A stretch of 64,000 nt of DNA from Gloeobacterales cyanobacterium. Its GTDB lineage: Bacteria > Cyanobacteriota > Cyanobacteriia > Gloeobacterales > PMM-0068. Position 1 is the stretch's first letter; every line of letters starts with the position of its first letter. Shown here in pieces: positions 41,759-52,495 of this stretch. Both the position numbers and the translations under genes were made by a program. The notes below the pieces were generated by a model. That model made no database searches, was not told where the DNA came from, and saw only the letters and a list, made by a program, of their open reading frames with translations. The DNA is taken from contig JBBRSB010000006.1 of the NCBI GenBank assembly GCA_038245785.1, forward strand, positions 91,938 through 155,937, written 5' to 3'.

Positions 41759-42254
41759 TCTGGAGACCCCCTTCCTCATCCAGCCACTTGGCAAAGAGCA
41801 CGATAAAAGTTGTTTCTCTTGTGGTGTTGAAGCTCTTGATCGTTATCTCAAACAACAGGCCAGCCAAGATGTCAAACGACGCTTAACACAGGTCTTTGTG
41901 GTCGTTCCTAGAGAGATGCCGCAGACCATAGCAGGCTTTTACACCCTAAGCGCAACATCCGTACAAGCAGTTTCCATGCCTGAGGAACTTGCTAGAAAAT
42001 TTCCACGCTATCCTCTACCAGCTGCCCTGATTGGCCGCCTCGCTGTTGCTGAGCATTTCCAAAGGCAAGGTCTAGGAAAAATTCTTCTAGCCGATGCATT
42101 GAAAAGAATCGTAGCCGCCAGTCAGAGTGTTGGCATGTTCGCAGCCATTGTCGATGCCAAAGATGAAAAAGCCAAGCAGTTCTACCTAAAATTTGGTTTT
42201 ACTTCCTTCCATGACCAACCCTTGCGGTTGTTCTTGCCCCTAGAGAGCGTTTAG
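41751..42254 (+). CDS. GNAT acetyltransferase toxin (TacT/AtaT-like)
   Basis: FSCGVEALDRYL, PAALIGRLAV, QRQGLG, VDAKDEKAKQFYLKFGF. Confidence 0.88.
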   Translation: MSSLETPFLIQPLGKEHDKSCFSCGVEALDRYLKQQASQDVKRRLTQVFVVVPREMPQTIAGFYTLSATSVQAVSMPEELARKFPRYPLPAALIGRLAVAEHFQRQGLGKILLADALKRIVAASQSVGMFAAIVDAKDEKAKQFYLKFGFTSFHDQPLRLFLPLESV

Positions 42255-42276
42255 AGAAGCCCAAATCACCAGAGCC

Positions 42277-43698
42277 CTATTGTCTAGAGCATCGGTCACA
42301 GTGTCCACAAGCGCCGTGGGTAAAACCAAACGCTTGGAGCAGAAATTGCCAGCGGCATAGTGGAGTAGTTGCATAAGCAGCCATTTGTGGAGTAGCCGAG
42401 TCTTCCTCTAAAAATTGAGGATCAAATTGCTGCATCTGGAGCTGATATTCAAAAGGGCTATCCCACTTCAGGGCTCTAGCTCGCTGCAACAGCGCTAAAG
42501 CTCGATAGAACGTATCGCTAGAAGAAGAGGCAAATTGGCGCTGTACTTCCGTGACATGACCCTGTGCAGGAAGTTTTCGGGCGAGCATGAGGGCATATTT
42601 CTGTTGCTCCTGTTGTTGCGCTCTGAAATATTGCCGCATCTGCTTATCGGAAGGGTCAAGCCATCCCGTCGGTTCGCTGACAAGCAGCAGAGCTTCAGCA
42701 GGTTTTTGGTCCCTTCCGGCCCGACCAAATTCTTGCAGATATTCCTCTAGCGAGAGAGAAGGCTCATAGTGTAGCACCCAGCGCACATCTGACCGATCGA
42801 TGCCCAATCCAAAGGCACAGGTTGCCACGACAAAGGGGAGTTCGCCCGTCTGCCACTGCGCTTCCACCTTGCGTCGTTGGTCCGTACCCATCCCTGCATG
42901 GTAAGCAGCCGTTTTCCAACCTAGCTCTTGTAGTTTTTGTGCCAGGTCCTCCGCCCCCGCACGGGTGCGTCGGTATACCAGCCCTCCCTGATTACGGTGC
43001 TGTTTGAGAAATTCCAACGTAGCCGTGTAGCGCTGGCGGGGAGTCCAGCAGGTCTGGACACGCAGAAATAAATTAGGACGATAGGGCTTGAGAATAGTCC
43101 TCTGGGCTGTCTCTAGTTCCAACAGTTCAACTAGGGCCTTGAGCGTGCGCGGTGGAGCCGTAGCTGTAAAAGCACAGAGGGCCGGAGCCTGAGGTAGAGC
43201 CCGACGGACCGCCGCCAGGCGCAGATAATGGGGACGGAAAGTTTCTCCCCAACTGATCGCACAGTGGGCTTCATCTAGAACCAGCCGAGCCACCAGACTT
43301 TTTTGCACTACGCTCCATACACCAGGATTGAGCAGTCCTTCGGGTGAGATATAGAGCAAATTCCAGGAGCCTTCGGCAATACCCTTTAGTACCGCTTTAC
43401 GCTCTGGACGACTGAGTCCTCCATGCAGGGCCGCCGATTTCAGCCCTCGTTGACGCCCTTTGGTCACCTGGTCTTGCATCAGGGCCACCAGCGGCGTGAC
43501 CACTAAAGTTAGGCCAGCAGTGAGCACGGCTGGCAATTCAAAGCAAAGGGTTTTGCCATAACCTGTGGGCAATACTGCCAAGAGGTCTTGTCCAGAGAGT
43601 ACTTTCTGAATCAGGACTTCCTGCTGTTCGCGGAGGTCCTCAAAGCCCCAGACCGTTTGTAAGGTCTTTTTGATTGCATCTTGGGGGACTTCAGTCAT
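42277..43698 (-). CDS. recQ: RecQ-family ATP-dependent DNA helicase
   Basis: PTGYGKT, DEAHC, QEFGRAGRD, C-terminal CGHCDRC zinc site. Confidence 0.93.
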   Translation of the reverse strand: MTEVPQDAIKKTLQTVWGFEDLREQQEVLIQKVLSGQDLLAVLPTGYGKTLCFELPAVLTAGLTLVVTPLVALMQDQVTKGRQRGLKSAALHGGLSRPERKAVLKGIAEGSWNLLYISPEGLLNPGVWSVVQKSLVARLVLDEAHCAISWGETFRPHYLRLAAVRRALPQAPALCAFTATAPPRTLKALVELLELETAQRTILKPYRPNLFLRVQTCWTPRQRYTATLEFLKQHRNQGGLVYRRTRAGAEDLAQKLQELGWKTAAYHAGMGTDQRRKVEAQWQTGELPFVVATCAFGLGIDRSDVRWVLHYEPSLSLEEYLQEFGRAGRDQKPAEALLLVSEPTGWLDPSDKQMRQYFRAQQQEQQKYALMLARKLPAQGHVTEVQRQFASSSSDTFYRALALLQRARALKWDSPFEYQLQMQQFDPQFLEEDSATPQMAAYATTPLCRWQFLLQAFGFTHGACGHCDRCSRQ

Positions 43699-43710
43699 AG
43701 GCTCAATGAT

Positions 43711-44898
43711 GTGGAACCAGAATTTGTGCCCATCATCCAAGAAACTGGAAGCTGGTATGCGGTCCCCGCTACCACGCTTCAGGTAACCCAGGCCCTAGCT
43801 TGGGCAAGGACTAGAGCGATGCCTGTGGGCGTTCATCAATCCTTAGATTTCCCGCAATATCTCTACTTAGACCTAGAAAAACTGAACCAAGTGGTGAGCT
43901 GCAGTCCAGAGGACCGCGTGGTGACGGTGGAAGCAGGAATCAAACTCCAAGAATTAGACCGTTATCTGGCCGAGCTAGGCCAACAGGTAGGCATGGAATC
44001 CCATAATCCAGCGGCGACTTTAGGCATGGTCTTAGCTGGTGACCATTGGGGACCCCGCCGGGGCTATTTCGGTGGAGCCAGAGACTTAGTCCTGGGGACA
44101 GAGGCCGCCTCTATGGATGGAACACTCATTCAAAGTGGCAGTAAAGTTCTGAGAAATACAGCAGGCTATGACCTGACCAAGTTATGGATAGGTTCGAGGG
44201 GGACGCTTGCTGTCATAACCCAAGTCTCCCTGAGGCTTTCGCCTCTATGGACCAATCCCCGGACTCTTTTGTTGAGCTTTCGAATCCTGGATCGCGCTAT
44301 CCAAGCGGCTGAACGCCTGATCAAAGCGCACGTCACGATTCAAGGCTTGGAGTTGCTGTCTGACACGCTGGCAAGGTCTTTGATTGTAGAGAGCGATACG
44401 GCGCCCTGGTATGTCGCTATCCGCATAGAAAATCAAGCGGCTCTGATCGCAAGTGAAATAGGCTATATCCAGGAACTGTGTGCTCCTCTAGCAGACCGGA
44501 TAGAAGATATAAGTCTCCAGCAAACAGGCCTTTGGCAAGCGCTCACCTGCCCTAGTACGACAGAGCAAGTCCGGGTGGAAGCTATTCTTCCCGTTGGCTG
44601 TGTACAAGACTATTGTGAAGCAGTGGGCCCTGGAGCGATGCATGGCCATTTAGCCTGTGGCATGGTCAGTCGCTATTTGGACCGAGGGCCTGACCTACTC
44701 AAAACGATTCGTTCTTTGCGGCGGATTGCAGCTCGATTAGGAGGCTCCCTGAGAGTCTATGATCCCAGTGGCACAACCAAAGTAGAGGGTATTAAACGCT
44801 GGCAGGTGAAGATGAATACCCTCCAAGAACTCCTCAACCAAAGACTCAAAGACCAGCTCGATCCCAGTCGTCTCCTCAATCCAGGGGAAGAGCTGTGA
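43711..44898 (+). CDS. FAD-binding oxidoreductase (GlcE-like); start uncertain
   Basis: VTVEAG, RDLVLG, KVLRNTAGYDLTKLWIGSRGTL, LKDQLDPSRLLNPG. Confidence 0.8.
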   Translation: MEPEFVPIIQETGSWYAVPATTLQVTQALAWARTRAMPVGVHQSLDFPQYLYLDLEKLNQVVSCSPEDRVVTVEAGIKLQELDRYLAELGQQVGMESHNPAATLGMVLAGDHWGPRRGYFGGARDLVLGTEAASMDGTLIQSGSKVLRNTAGYDLTKLWIGSRGTLAVITQVSLRLSPLWTNPRTLLLSFRILDRAIQAAERLIKAHVTIQGLELLSDTLARSLIVESDTAPWYVAIRIENQAALIASEIGYIQELCAPLADRIEDISLQQTGLWQALTCPSTTEQVRVEAILPVGCVQDYCEAVGPGAMHGHLACGMVSRYLDRGPDLLKTIRSLRRIAARLGGSLRVYDPSGTTKVEGIKRWQVKMNTLQELLNQRLKDQLDPSRLLNPGEEL

Positions 44899-44956
44899 GC
44901 GATAAGAGTGCCGAAGAAGCACTAAGCTGAAAAGAGTTTTTTACTGGAGTCCTCTC

Positions 44957-46507
44957 GTGCGTGCATCGACCCTGGCAGAACTCCAGGAATATTTGGGCCG
45001 TCTGGCTCATCCTCTGGGTTTTGTCCCGACGATGGGAGCTTTGCACCAAGGGCATCGGAGCCTAATGCGGTGGGCTAAGGTCCACAATCAAGCGGTTGTA
45101 GCCAGTATCTTTGTCAATCCGCTACAGTTCGGCCCTACGGAAGACCTGAACCGCTATCCTCGCACTTTGGAAGCCGATCTCCTTGTCTGTAAAGAAGAAG
45201 GCGTGGACCTTGTTTTCACCCCCACCATCGATATGCTCTATCCTTCAGGATTAGAAACAAACGGGGAAAACACCTTTGTCGTTCCTCCTGCCAACTTAAC
45301 CAATAAGCTTTGCGGAAAGAGTAGACCAGGACATTTCACGGGAGTAGCCACCGTAGTGACCAAGCTGCTCCATCTCGTGCAACCTGACCGTGCCTACTTT
45401 GGCCAAAAAGACGCCCAGCAACTGGCCGTAATTCAACAGTTGGTGCAAGACCTACATATTCCCATCGAAATATTCTCCTGCCCCACCGTGCGAGATGAAG
45501 ATGGTCTCGCCCTCAGTTCGCGCAACCGATATCTATCCTTGGAAGGACGGACAACTGCGTTGGTTATTCCCCAGACCCTAGCCTGGGCTAAACAGCAGAT
45601 ACAGGCGGGCGTTACGGATGCCAAAGAGCTTTTTAGTCAAGCAGAAATCACACTCTCTAAAGAAACGGGCCTGGCGTTGGAGTACTGCGCTCTGGTGGAT
45701 CCTCAGCGTCTAGAACCTGTCACGCAATCGATCCAAGAACCGAGCATCCTTATGGTTGCCGCCAAGGTAGGCAACACACGCCTGATTGACAACGTCACCC
45801 TGGACCCACGACCCCCTATCATCGCTTTGGATGGTCCAGCAGGCGTGGGCAAGTCCACGCTCGCTAAACTACTTGCCCAGCATCTGGGGTTTCTCTACAT
45901 CGATACAGGCGCTATGTATCGGGCCGTGACCTGGGCGGTACTCCAGCAAAATCTCCAGTCGGCCATTGAGCTACAGGATAAAGCAATCATCGGTCCTTTA
46001 GTCAAATCCTTGGACCTGCATCTACAACCGGGCATAGACCCCGCCTATCCCACTAGAGTTTGGTTAAACGGGACCGAAGTTACCCAAGACATCCGCACAC
46101 AGCCTGTGACTGATTTTGTCTCTCAGGTATCGGCCTTCGGACTCGTCCGAGAAGCTTTGGTGACTAAACAGAGAAAACTGGCTCAGAACGGTGGAATAGT
46201 TATGGATGGTAGGGATATTGGCACCGAAGTATTTCCGCAAGCTCCCGTCAAAATTTATCTAACGGCTTCTGTTGAAGCACGGGCTCTGCGCCGCCAACAG
46301 GACCTGCAGGAGAAAAAACTGCCGGTCCCTGATTTGAAAATCCTGATCGAGGATATTAGCCAGCGAGACCATAAAGATTCCACGCGCAAAAAATCTCCCC
46401 TGCGTAAGGCTCCAGACGCTCTGGAAGTATGCACCGACGGCTTCTCTATTGAAGAGACGTTAAGCCGCTTACTCGCTATCTATCAGGAAAGAATTACGTA
46501 TCTTTAA
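44957..46507 (+). CDS. panC/cmk: Bifunctional pantoate--beta-alanine ligase / cytidylate kinase
   Basis: PTMGALHQGH, YFGQKD, RLIDN; then ALDGPAGVGKST, DTGAMYRA, DGRDIGT. Confidence 0.95.
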   Translation: MRASTLAELQEYLGRLAHPLGFVPTMGALHQGHRSLMRWAKVHNQAVVASIFVNPLQFGPTEDLNRYPRTLEADLLVCKEEGVDLVFTPTIDMLYPSGLETNGENTFVVPPANLTNKLCGKSRPGHFTGVATVVTKLLHLVQPDRAYFGQKDAQQLAVIQQLVQDLHIPIEIFSCPTVRDEDGLALSSRNRYLSLEGRTTALVIPQTLAWAKQQIQAGVTDAKELFSQAEITLSKETGLALEYCALVDPQRLEPVTQSIQEPSILMVAAKVGNTRLIDNVTLDPRPPIIALDGPAGVGKSTLAKLLAQHLGFLYIDTGAMYRAVTWAVLQQNLQSAIELQDKAIIGPLVKSLDLHLQPGIDPAYPTRVWLNGTEVTQDIRTQPVTDFVSQVSAFGLVREALVTKQRKLAQNGGIVMDGRDIGTEVFPQAPVKIYLTASVEARALRRQQDLQEKKLPVPDLKILIEDISQRDHKDSTRKKSPLRKAPDALEVCTDGFSIEETLSRLLAIYQERITYL

Positions 46508-46628
46508 TCTTAACTTTAGGAAACTTTCTTATTAGAAGATGGAGGGGATCGCAACTGTCCACTATGATGGAAGAAGCATATAAGATGTTCGGGGCAAACA
46601 TTATGCTTTCATTGAAGGGACCGCTTAC

Positions 46629-47066
46629 ATGATTGCTATAAAGCTCCGCCCTTCAGGCCAGACGGTCAAAAGTTTTCAATTTCGCTCTACGCTTTATCTT
46701 CATCCAATTATTGACCTGCTTTTGGCCGAAGTAGTTCCTTTTTTACGTCCAGAACTGCGTTTGGGTCTACAAGAGGCTTTGGTAAATGCAGCCTTGCATG
46801 GCAACGGCTTAGACCCTAATAAGAAGATTGTGATCCAGTTTTTGATGACCTCCACCCATTATGTCTGGATTATCTGGGATGAGGGTACTGGCTTTTGTAC
46901 AGAACAAAAAGAGCAGCATGACCCGCTGGATGAAAGTTGCCTCGACTGTGAACGCGGTAGAGGACTGTACCTGATGAAGCAAATCTTCGATGAAGTGCAA
47001 TGGAACTCCCAAGGTAATCAACTGCACCTCAGACGGGGCTTAGACCGTTCTCCTATAATTCGGTAA
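46629..47066 (+). CDS. pmgA: PmgA-like anti-sigma regulatory factor (HATPase_c)
   Basis: FRSTLYL, ELRLGLQEALVNAALHGN, DEGTGF, GRGLYLMKQIFDEVQWN. Confidence 0.8.
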   Translation: MIAIKLRPSGQTVKSFQFRSTLYLHPIIDLLLAEVVPFLRPELRLGLQEALVNAALHGNGLDPNKKIVIQFLMTSTHYVWIIWDEGTGFCTEQKEQHDPLDESCLDCERGRGLYLMKQIFDEVQWNSQGNQLHLRRGLDRSPIIR

Positions 47067-47087
47067 GAGAAGCTAGAAAGAACCATC

Positions 47088-47771
47088 TCAGAAGCCACTT
47101 AGACAAATAGGCGGTACAGGGTAAGCTGCTCGCTGCGTCCCCGTCTCTCGCACTACATAAACCTGGAGGTCTTCCAGGCAGAGACAAGCTAAAGCTCCCG
47201 TCACCGTGCTGCCCACATCTAGACCAATCATGCCGGGTCCAAAAAAAGGCTCTACTTCTGGATTGTCATGAAGAATACAGGGCGTTGGCGTATGGCCAAA
47301 CACAATCGTTTTACCGGGCATTGGAACTTCTGGAATTCCCCAGAAATCGCCCCGAATCCAGCGTAGGGCCTGTATTTTTTGTTGCTCTAAGGCTACCCCT
47401 CGTTTCACGCCCGCATGGACTTGGACAAACGAACCATGCTGGTGAATATCAGACAGGCTTCTGAAATAATCCAGAACTTCTACAGGAACACTGCCCCCAA
47501 AACTATCCAGTGTTTGGGTACCGCCTGCGGTTAGCCAGCGTGCGGCATAGGCAGGATCTTGATGCGCTTCTAAGCACATCTGCTCATGATTGCCTACCAA
47601 ACAAGAGCCGTAGGTCCGGACAAATTCCACGACTTGGGCACTATCCGGGCCACGGTCAATCAAGTCTCCCCCAAACCAGAGCAAGTCATCTTGGGTGGGG
47701 CTGGCATAGTCTAGGAGCTCCTGGAGTAGGTTCCAGCTCCCGTGGATATCTGTGAATAAATAGTGCTTCAT
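47088..47771 (-). CDS. PPP-family metallophosphoesterase (Ser/Thr phosphatase)
   Basis: DIHG, GDLIDRGPDS, GNHE, HAG, GHTPT. Confidence 0.9.
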   Translation of the reverse strand: MKHYLFTDIHGSWNLLQELLDYASPTQDDLLWFGGDLIDRGPDSAQVVEFVRTYGSCLVGNHEQMCLEAHQDPAYAARWLTAGGTQTLDSFGGSVPVEVLDYFRSLSDIHQHGSFVQVHAGVKRGVALEQQKIQALRWIRGDFWGIPEVPMPGKTIVFGHTPTPCILHDNPEVEPFFGPGMIGLDVGSTVTGALACLCLEDLQVYVVRETGTQRAAYPVPPICLSGF

Positions 47772-47895
47772 GCTTACTACATATTGTGCCTCGCTTAGAT
47801 GCGAATCATCATGAGACCTAGATGAAGACGCACAGGGGTATAGTTAGAAATACACGTTTTTTGCTCACGTTTCTAGACTTAAAGGCCAGCACAGG

Positions 47896-49254
47896 ATGAA
47901 AGTTACTCAGGAGAAGCGCCCCAACTCCCAAATTGGGCTCAATATTGAAGTAGATGAAGCGTCAACTCAGCTTGTCTACGACAAAATGGTGCAAAAACTT
48001 ATGCGGACGGCCCGGATCCCTGGATTTCGTCCTGGGAAGGCCCCTCGTCCAATTGTGCTCCAGTATTTGGGCAAGGACTATATCAAAGCGGAAGCCCTGA
48101 AAGAGGTGATTCAGAGAAATCTGGAACAAGCTCAAAATCAGGTGAGCATCCCTGCTATTGGCGAATATGAGCTGACGGATCGATTCGAGGCTCTGTACAC
48201 ACAGTTTGAGCCAGGCAAGAGTCTCAGCTTCCAGGCTGCTGTCGATGTGGAACCAGAAGTCACCCTGCGTGAAGGTTATAACAACCTCAGCATTAAGTAT
48301 GCCGAAGTCTCCTATGACCCCACCCGGATAGAGACAACCTTGGAAGACTACCGTAAGCGCAAAGCCACTTTAATCCCTGCGGCTGAACGTCCTGCCCAAA
48401 TTGGAGACATAGCGATTATGGACTTCAGTGGCAAAACCGTAGACGATGGAGCTGAAATTCCTGGCGGTTCTGCGATGGATTTTCAGATTGAACTGCAGGA
48501 AAGCCAGTTTATTCCTGGGTTTGTCCTGGGCATTATCGGAATGAATCTGGAAGAGACCAAAGAAATCTCCGTTCGTTTTCCTGACCAATATGCCCAAGAA
48601 GATCTCCAGGGCCGTGAAGCGCTGTTTACAGTTACCTTGAAAGACTTGAAAGAACAGGAGCTGCCTGTCTTGGATGATGCTTTTGCCAAAGAAATCAGCG
48701 AATTTGAAACCTTGGATGCGCTGAAAGCAGAACTGGAAAAGCGTTACCGCGAGGAAGCTGAGGAAGCAAGCCAAGGCAATCGAGACATTGCTATCGTCGA
48801 TGCGATCCTAGAAGGCACTACGCTGGAACTGCCTGCTACGCTGGTCAACCGGGAAGTTGAATTCCTGGCCAACCAAACGTTCCAAGATTTTCAGCGGCGC
48901 GGTATCGATCCCGCTGCCCTGTTTACTGAAGAAAATCTCCCCCAAATCCGCGCTCAGTTCCAAGAGGAGGCCGCTAAGCGGTTGAAGCGAACCTTAGCTT
49001 TAGCCGAGGTGGCACGGACTGAAAAATTGACGGTAGATCAAGCAGCGCTTGACGTTCGAGTCGAAGAGCTGGTCGCAGCCAGCCCAGATTTAGACCGCAA
49101 AGCGGTGGTTGACTTTGTCCAGAATGAACTGCTTACCCAGAAAATTCTCGATTGGCTAGCGGAACATTCTACAATTGAGTTAATAACGGAAAGCTCCACT
49201 GACCCTTCAACGGATGCAAATGAGGTTAACGATGAATCTTCCTCTGATAAATAG
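47896..49254 (+). CDS. tig: Trigger factor
   Basis: [14 protein letters not shown] domain [13 protein letters not shown]. Confidence 0.95.
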   Translation: MKVTQEKRPNSQIGLNIEVDEASTQLVYDKMVQKLMRTARIPGFRPGKAPRPIVLQYLGKDYIKAEALKEVIQRNLEQAQNQVSIPAIGEYELTDRFEALYTQFEPGKSLSFQAAVDVEPEVTLREGYNNLSIKYAEVSYDPTRIETTLEDYRKRKATLIPAAERPAQIGDIAIMDFSGKTVDDGAEIPGGSAMDFQIELQESQFIPGFVLGIIGMNLEETKEISVRFPDQYAQEDLQGREALFTVTLKDLKEQELPVLDDAFAKEISEFETLDALKAELEKRYREEAEEASQGNRDIAIVDAILEGTTLELPATLVNREVEFLANQTFQDFQRRGIDPAALFTEENLPQIRAQFQEEAAKRLKRTLALAEVARTEKLTVDQAALDVRVEELVAASPDLDRKAVVDFVQNELLTQKILDWLAEHSTIELITESSTDPSTDANEVNDESSSDK

Positions 49255-49903
49255 TCAGATGTCCTATGGTCAGATGCACTCTGGTCTGAACGTCCAAAAT
49301 GTGATCCCCATGGTTGTGGAGCAATCCTCCCGTGGCGAGCGCGCCTTCGATATTTTCTCTCGCCTTCTGCGTGAGCGAATTATCTTCCTCGGCACCCCTA
49401 TCGATGATATGGTTTCCAACCTGGTAGTAGCCCAGCTGCTCTTTTTGGAAGCGGAAGACCCGGAGAAAGATATTTTTCTTTATATCAACTCTCCCGGTGG
49501 TTCGGTGACTGCAGGTATGGCGATCTACGACACGATGAAGCACATCCGCCCGAAAATCTCCACGATCTGCGTCGGTCTGGCTGCTTCGATGGGAGCCTTT
49601 TTGCTCTCAGCTGGAGAAAAAGGTAAGCGCCTCTCGCTTCCCCATGCCCGGATCATGATCCACCAACCTTTGGGGGGTGCTCAAGGGCAAGCCACAGACA
49701 TTGCTATCATGGCTAAGGAAATCCTGTATCACAAGACCAGGTTGAACCAATTGATGGCCGAACATACGGGTCAGCCTCTAGAGCGCATTGAACGGGATAC
49801 GGATCGTGATTTCTTTATGTCTGCAGAAGAGGCAAAAGAGTATGGTTTAGTAGACCAAGTAATCGTTCGTCGTCCAGTTCCTGAGGCCCTTGCGGCACGC
49901 TAA
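49232..49903 (+). CDS. clpP: ATP-dependent Clp protease proteolytic subunit (start uncertain)
   Basis: [42 protein letters not shown]. Confidence 0.97.
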   Translation: MNLPLINSQMSYGQMHSGLNVQNVIPMVVEQSSRGERAFDIFSRLLRERIIFLGTPIDDMVSNLVVAQLLFLEAEDPEKDIFLYINSPGGSVTAGMAIYDTMKHIRPKISTICVGLAASMGAFLLSAGEKGKRLSLPHARIMIHQPLGGAQGQATDIAIMAKEILYHKTRLNQLMAEHTGQPLERIERDTDRDFFMSAEEAKEYGLVDQVIVRRPVPEALAAR

Positions 49904-49937
49904 GCGTCTCACGTTCTAAATTTGAGGTTGTAACTCC

Positions 49938-51260
49938 ATGGCTACGAAATCTTACGATGCCCATCTGAAATGCTCTTTCTGCGGCAAATCTCAGGAACAA
50001 GTTCGTAAGCTGATTGCTGGCCCTGGGGTCTACATCTGCGACGAATGTGTGGAACTGTGCAATGAGATCCTGGATGAGGAGTTGTTCGAAGCTCCTATCC
50101 AGGCTCAAGCCAGCCGTAAATCCGCCCGCACTACAGGCAAAGAACTCAGCAAATCTGCACCCGATCTGAAGAGTACGCCCAAACCGCAGGAAATCAAAGG
50201 CTACTTGGACCAACATGTAATTGGTCAGGAAGAAGCTAAAAAAGTCCTCTGTGTAGCGGTGTACAACCACTACAAGCGTCTGGCCAATCGTTCTGAAAAT
50301 AGGGACGATGACATTGAAATTCAAAAATCGAATATCCTCCTGATTGGCCCAACGGGTTCTGGCAAGACTCTGTTGGCCCAAACTCTAGCGAAAATGCTAG
50401 ATGTTCCTTTTGCCGTGGCGGATGCCACGACTCTAACCGAAGCAGGCTATGTGGGCGAAGATGTAGAAAATATTCTACTCCGCCTCCTTCAAGTCTCCGA
50501 TGGAGATGTGGAGAAAGCGCAGCGGGGGATCATCTACATTGACGAAATTGACAAGATTGCCCGTAAGAGCGAGAACCCTTCGATTACTCGGGATGTCTCT
50601 GGAGAAGGGGTACAGCAGGCCCTCCTCAAAATGTTAGAAGGGACTACGGCCAACGTTCCTCCGCAGGGTGGACGGAAGCATCCCTATCAGGAATATATCC
50701 AAATTGACACCAGCAATATCCTATTTATCTGTGGTGGCGCTTTTGTCGGTCTAGAGCGAATTATTGAACAGCGCACAGGAAAGAAGAGCATTGGCTTCAT
50801 GCAAAATGCTGACCCTCAGAAAGACAAGCGGGTGATTGAATCTCTCAAGACGATGGAACCGGATGATTTGGTCAAGTTTGGTCTGATTCCAGAATTCATT
50901 GGCCGGATCCCGGTCATAGCGGTTCTAGAACCCTTGGATGAAGAAGCACTGACGCAGATCCTCACCGAGCCTAAGAATGCGATTATCAAGCAATATCAGC
51001 GGCTGATGAGTATGGACGGGGTAGAGCTTGTATTCGAGCTGGATGCCATCGATGCCATCGCCAAAGAAGCTTATCGACGCAAGACAGGAGCTCGTGCCCT
51101 GCGAGGCATTGTGGAAGAGATCATGCTTGAGATGATGTACGAAATCCCTTCCCGCAATGACATTCAGCACTGTACTATTTCCAAGGAAATGGTGGAGTCG
51201 CGCTCTACTTCTGAAATTCTATTTCATCCCCATTCTTTGCCGAAGCCTGAGTCAGCTTAG
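49938..51260 (+). CDS. clpX: ATP-dependent Clp protease ATP-binding subunit ClpX
   Basis: CSFCGK zinc finger, [17 protein letters not shown] loop. Confidence 0.98.
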   Translation: MATKSYDAHLKCSFCGKSQEQVRKLIAGPGVYICDECVELCNEILDEELFEAPIQAQASRKSARTTGKELSKSAPDLKSTPKPQEIKGYLDQHVIGQEEAKKVLCVAVYNHYKRLANRSENRDDDIEIQKSNILLIGPTGSGKTLLAQTLAKMLDVPFAVADATTLTEAGYVGEDVENILLRLLQVSDGDVEKAQRGIIYIDEIDKIARKSENPSITRDVSGEGVQQALLKMLEGTTANVPPQGGRKHPYQEYIQIDTSNILFICGGAFVGLERIIEQRTGKKSIGFMQNADPQKDKRVIESLKTMEPDDLVKFGLIPEFIGRIPVIAVLEPLDEEALTQILTEPKNAIIKQYQRLMSMDGVELVFELDAIDAIAKEAYRRKTGARALRGIVEEIMLEMMYEIPSRNDIQHCTISKEMVESRSTSEILFHPHSLPKPESA

Positions 51261-51912
51261 ATACGGAAACTTCAAAGCACTCTTCCAGGGCAGCAATCAG
51301 GGCTTCGCAAATAGTTTCTATAGGTACAGGCTGAATTTCATTCAGTCCTACCACAGGATCTACTGTGCCAAAGACCTGTTCCATCAAGGAGCGGTCAGGA
51401 TTTAGCAGAATGGAACCGTGCTGAAGGATGCCTCGGCCTCGACGTAGCTGGGCGCTACCAATCAGCTTCTGACCTTGCCAAACCAAATCGCCACGGGTTG
51501 CGGTGCCGAAACAACTGGTCTTGCCAATATAGCCTCGACCTTGGCTACCAAAATCGATAGGCACACCCAAACGGGCCATACCTTTAATCAAGAAAGCAGA
51601 AAGTTGCTGGTAAGTATGCTCCACAGTTCCTTGAAGCCCGCTACAGACAACCATATAGGTCAAGTCGCCGTGATGTAAGACCGCTCGGCCTCCCGTGGGC
51701 CTACGGACGACCTCTAAGCCCAGAGTCCCTCCATGAGCAAAGTCCTCCTTTTGGTGGTAGCCGATAGAGAGAGCCGCTGGTTGCCAACGATAAAAGCGCA
51801 CCACCGGCGGCAGTTCTCCCGCCAAGTGACGCGCTAATAGTTCTGCATCTAGGTCCATATGGGTCTGACCGTCGGCTTCCATGTAGGGCCATAAAAGCCA
51901 GGACGTAGCCAT
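51205..51912 (-). CDS. Lipoate--protein ligase family (LipM/LplA-like)
   Basis: [26 protein letters not shown]. Confidence 0.88.
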   Translation of the reverse strand: MATSWLLWPYMEADGQTHMDLDAELLARHLAGELPPVVRFYRWQPAALSIGYHQKEDFAHGGTLGLEVVRRPTGGRAVLHHGDLTYMVVCSGLQGTVEHTYQQLSAFLIKGMARLGVPIDFGSQGRGYIGKTSCFGTATRGDLVWQGQKLIGSAQLRRGRGILQHGSILLNPDRSLMEQVFGTVDPVVGLNEIQPVPIETICEALIAALEECFEVSVSKLTQASAKNGDEIEFQK

Positions 51913-51929
51913 TATCCGAGTTTCTTCAT

Positions 51930-52382
51930 CTATTTAAACTTCTCAATCAGCAATTCATCGTACTCATCAGCCAAGGTCGCGACAATCGTAATCGCTCGAG
52001 AAACTTCACCAGGGTCTAAGTCTTGCAGCGTCCGAGAGCAGGTGAGTACTACCTGGTCGCCCTTGAGGGCAAAACGAGCCTCCAAAGTATCCAGCCAATT
52101 TTTTTCTAGCAGAAACTTATCCAGTCCTGCTTCATCCTTCGCGGGCAGGGCTAGGACCGGAGACCAGACGATCAGCGTATCCGCCGCCGATTCTCCCGTG
52201 AGATAGACAAAGACATCTACAGTGCCATAGCGGAATTTCCAAACATGCTGTGGAAGTTGAATCTTAGTATCCCGTTGGGGGTTTTCGCCCAAGGTAGAGA
52301 TAATCGCTTCGACGGTCTCTACATAATTATTGAGATTTATATCAGCTTCGGTGTAAGGTTCATTTGCCTCAACAGACATCAT
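51930..52382 (-). CDS. YbjN / type III chaperone-like domain protein
   Basis: WKFRYGTVDVFV, LLEKNWLDTLEARF, DLDPGEVSRAITIVATLADEYD. Confidence 0.75.
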   Translation of the reverse strand: MMSVEANEPYTEADINLNNYVETVEAIISTLGENPQRDTKIQLPQHVWKFRYGTVDVFVYLTGESAADTLIVWSPVLALPAKDEAGLDKFLLEKNWLDTLEARFALKGDQVVLTCSRTLQDLDPGEVSRAITIVATLADEYDELLIEKFK

Positions 52383-52495
52383 GGCCTCCTGTGTGTTTCT
52401 CTCATTATGACGTGGCTATGACCCAATCTGGGTTAAGCATCCTGTACGTAGTGTCCGCATTGGCCTACATTATTGTTACGGACTGTTAACTACTG

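Noticed and set aside
44957..46507. PanC-Cmk fusion (and the TrxB-Trx fusion at 1-1317) as novelties
   Set aside because: Both are well known in cyanobacteria
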